A stretch of 64,000 nt of DNA from Planctomycetota bacterium (GTDB lineage Bacteria > Planctomycetota > PLA2 > JAEUHO01): assembly GCA_965223505.1 (NCBI GenBank), contig CBDCWP010000010.1:32001-96000 (forward strand), in the 5' to 3' direction. This document shows positions 63,739-64,000 of this stretch, one piece after another (position 1 is the first letter of the stretch; each line of letters begins with the position of its first letter). Both the position numbers and the translations under genes were made by a program. The notes under the pieces were generated by a model that worked only from the letters and a program-made list of their open reading frames with translations, did no database searches and had not been told where the DNA came from.

Positions 63739-64000
63739 ACTCTCCGCTTCGTGGCAGCGAGCCGCCGAGAGGGCCCCAACGCGAGGCTCCGGCGACGTCG
63801 CCCGTAGGCGCCCGAACTTCGCGGCTGGGGCGCGTCGGCATGGTCGAGGCGGTCCTCAACGCGCCCGGCGCCCAACAGCCGGACTCTACGCACTCTACCT
63901 CTCGCCCTAAGAGCTCGAGGCGTGTTATGAGTACCACCGTCTCGCATCGTGATCGGTTAGCGAATGTCAGATTGAGGCTGGATGGGAGATGACCCATGTC

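Overview
High-GC bacterial chromosome segment, most likely Planctomycetota (inferred from ECF-sigma fusions, many Ser/Thr kinases, multiple FGE-sulfatase-domain proteins, tsaC-phosphatase fusion). Core genes: rpiB, tsaC, a two-component pair, dnaK, katG, thiC with TPP riboswitch, an RND pump, cysK, parC/parE, purN, yggS, tatA, tilS, gap, rpe, accD and tRNA-Asn. There are two accessory zones. (1) At ~19.7-29.9 kb, two paralogous kinase/FGE(CLec-fold) fusion genes have 3' ends that look like diversity-generating retroelement (DGR) variable repeats. A 50-bp template-repeat-like fragment at 27303-27352 differs from both only at adenines (8/8 mismatches). No reverse transcriptase or Avd is visible in the window. 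The zone also holds two degenerate copies of the thiC 3' end and an orphan MenA1-like antitoxin. (2) Downstream of tRNA-Asn lies a decayed island with a serine-recombinase remnant, an IS481-type transposase, a BrnT-type TA pair and a probable uncharacterised TA pair. GTAG-type REP doublets are scattered through the window, and their TAG repeatedly supplies gene stop codons. Eight genes share a TANNNT-N6-start (leaderless-type) promoter geometry. Five single-base insertions look like sequencing errors rather than pseudogenes.
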